A DNA stretch of 53,676 bases, taken from Candidatus Magasanikbacteria bacterium RIFCSPLOWO2_12_FULL_43_12. Its GTDB lineage: Bacteria > Patescibacteriota > Patescibacteriia > Magasanikbacterales > UBA922. A program made the position numbers and the translations under genes. Of the stretch, positions 52,819-53,676 are shown piece by piece. Below the pieces are notes generated by a model. That model was not told where the DNA came from and did no database searches. It saw nothing but the letters and a program-made list of their open reading frames with translations. Every line of letters begins with the position of its first letter. Within the stretch, counting starts at the first letter, position 1. The stretch lies in NCBI GenBank assembly GCA_001783065.1, contig MFQN01000007.1:1-53676 (forward strand), in the 5' to 3' direction.

Positions 52819-53069
52819 TAGCCCCGTAGGGGCGCATGATAGTTGCCGGGGCATTTATGCCCTGGAAAATTCATCACTTAAAACACAAGTCCTGTAGGGA
52901 CGGCAGACAGAACTATGTGTCGTCCCTCTGGGACTTTTAGACTATATTAAACATTCTTTACCAGGCACTAAAGTGCCTGGCTACTATCAGATGTCCCTAA
53001 CGGGACATAAAATTACAAAAATCCCAAAAGAAAAGGATGAGAAACAAAAAAATTCTTCAAAAATGATTT

Positions 53070-53093
53070 GCCCTCCGATGTACATCGGAGGGC
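53070..53093 (-). terminator. rho-independent (possibly bidirectional) terminator
   Basis: Stem GCCCTCCGAT / ATCGGAGGGC with loop GTAC. It is flanked by TTTT on the plus side and by AAATCATTTTT (minus-strand reading) on the other. Confidence 0.65.
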
Positions 53094-53111
53094 TTTTGGT
53101 AGGACAGGCCT

Positions 53112-53676
53112 TTACGCGGCCCGTTTGAGAGTGAAGTTGCTGGCAGACTCGACCCCGAGCGCGAAGAAACGTGTCAGTCCCTTGTCTGCTTCAGCGTCAC
53201 CGTTGAAGTCAAGAGCTATTCCTCCCCAACCACCAAGATAGATGTGGATCCTTTCATCATTGTATTGGTAGAAGGAGTTTGTCCGTATCAACCAGCTACC
53301 ACGCGCCTCATTTTGCGGCAGAAAGTACTGGCCAGCCATGCGCTTGTGGTGAAGCAAGAGGAGATACAGAGTCAGACTATCTCCGAAAGACAAGACGTGA
53401 CTTGGTGGCATGGAAAAGTGATCTTGGTGTAATGCATTCATGAAGACACGTTGTTCACTAGCATTGGCATGAAGGTCGCCTGTCACCTTTTGCAAGCAAG
53501 GTACCCAGAACACGAACAATGGGCCACGTTCCACCCACCAGTCAAAGATCTTATTAAGTATCCTTGCATGGCCGTATTCGGCAAAGACATCTTCACGTGT
53601 TACTCCGCCTCTGAAGTACCATACCACCGGTCCCTTGTAACCGAACCATTCGGCCACTTGCCGCCACGCAGCGACG
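53112..53676 (-). CDS. GC-rich hypothetical protein, 5'-partial (open to the window end)
   Basis: The reading frame stays open upstream of the track's GTG start (…VAAWRQVAEWFGYKG…). I recognise no family. Confidence 0.5.
   Translation of the reverse strand, partial: VAAWRQVAEWFGYKGPVVWYFRGGVTREDVFAEYGHARILNKIFDWWVERGPLFVFWVPCLQKVTGDLHANASEQRVFMNALHQDHFSMPPSHVLSFGDSLTLYLLLLHHKRMAGQYFLPQNEARGSWLIRTNSFYQYNDERIHIYLGGWGGIALDFNGDAEADKGLTRFFALGVESASNFTLKRAA

Noticed and set aside
52819-53069. The hairpin cluster as a tRNA, tmRNA or other known structured RNA.
   Set aside because: There is no acceptor or T-arm (GGTTCGAnTCC) signature and no cloverleaf can be drawn. The hairpins are independent and separated by AT-rich linkers.

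Overview
This is a 53.7 kb AT-rich bacterial window with compact, mostly minus-strand genes. The gene content fits a small-genome Patescibacteria/CPR-like organism, but that is inference only. It rests on many envelope glycosyltransferases, a minimal housekeeping set, giant secreted proteins, a DGR, and short palindromic and simple repeats that sit even inside essential genes.

Layout:
- 1-16.0 kb: a surface-glycan cluster. It holds an asnB fragment, soluble GT2/GT4 enzymes, two ArnT/PMT-like membrane GTs, rfbB, rfbC, two SDR enzymes and a methyltransferase.
- 16.2-29.0 kb: secreted or surface proteins with an ECF sigma / anti-sigma-like pair. These include an FN3 protein, a 3 x 76-aa tandem-repeat protein, O-antigen-ligase-like and TPR proteins, and a 1270-aa giant protein.
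- 29.5-35.0 kb: an autoregulated-looking HTH gene, a DUF11-like protein and a GC-rich 911-aa cysteine-rich adhesin-like gene.
- 35.1-37.3 kb: tRNA-Glu, tsaD and prs.
- 37.4-39.6 kb: a diversity-generating retroelement (DGR), made of an RT, a TR-position repeat and a target gene with a C-terminal VR.
- 39.8-52.8 kb: housekeeping genes (dnaE, mtnP, apt, pheS/pheT, rseP, lemA, htpX).
- 53.1 kb to the end: a GC-rich partial ORF.

Most interesting observations:
1. The two DGR repeats differ at 18 sites, none at a third codon position, yet only a minority sit at adenines of either copy. Neither copy is therefore a clean template for the other.
2. RT homology runs upstream through an in-frame TGA, and the RT also carries an in-frame palindromic-element insertion.
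3. A nested-palindrome repeat family (GTCATTGCGAG...CTCGCAATGAC) and several heptamer arrays are inserted in frame into essential genes such as tsaD and pheT. This resembles Rickettsia palindromic elements.
4. Three GC-rich surface-protein genes are embedded in AT-rich DNA.

All product calls come from reading the translated ORFs. No database search was possible.
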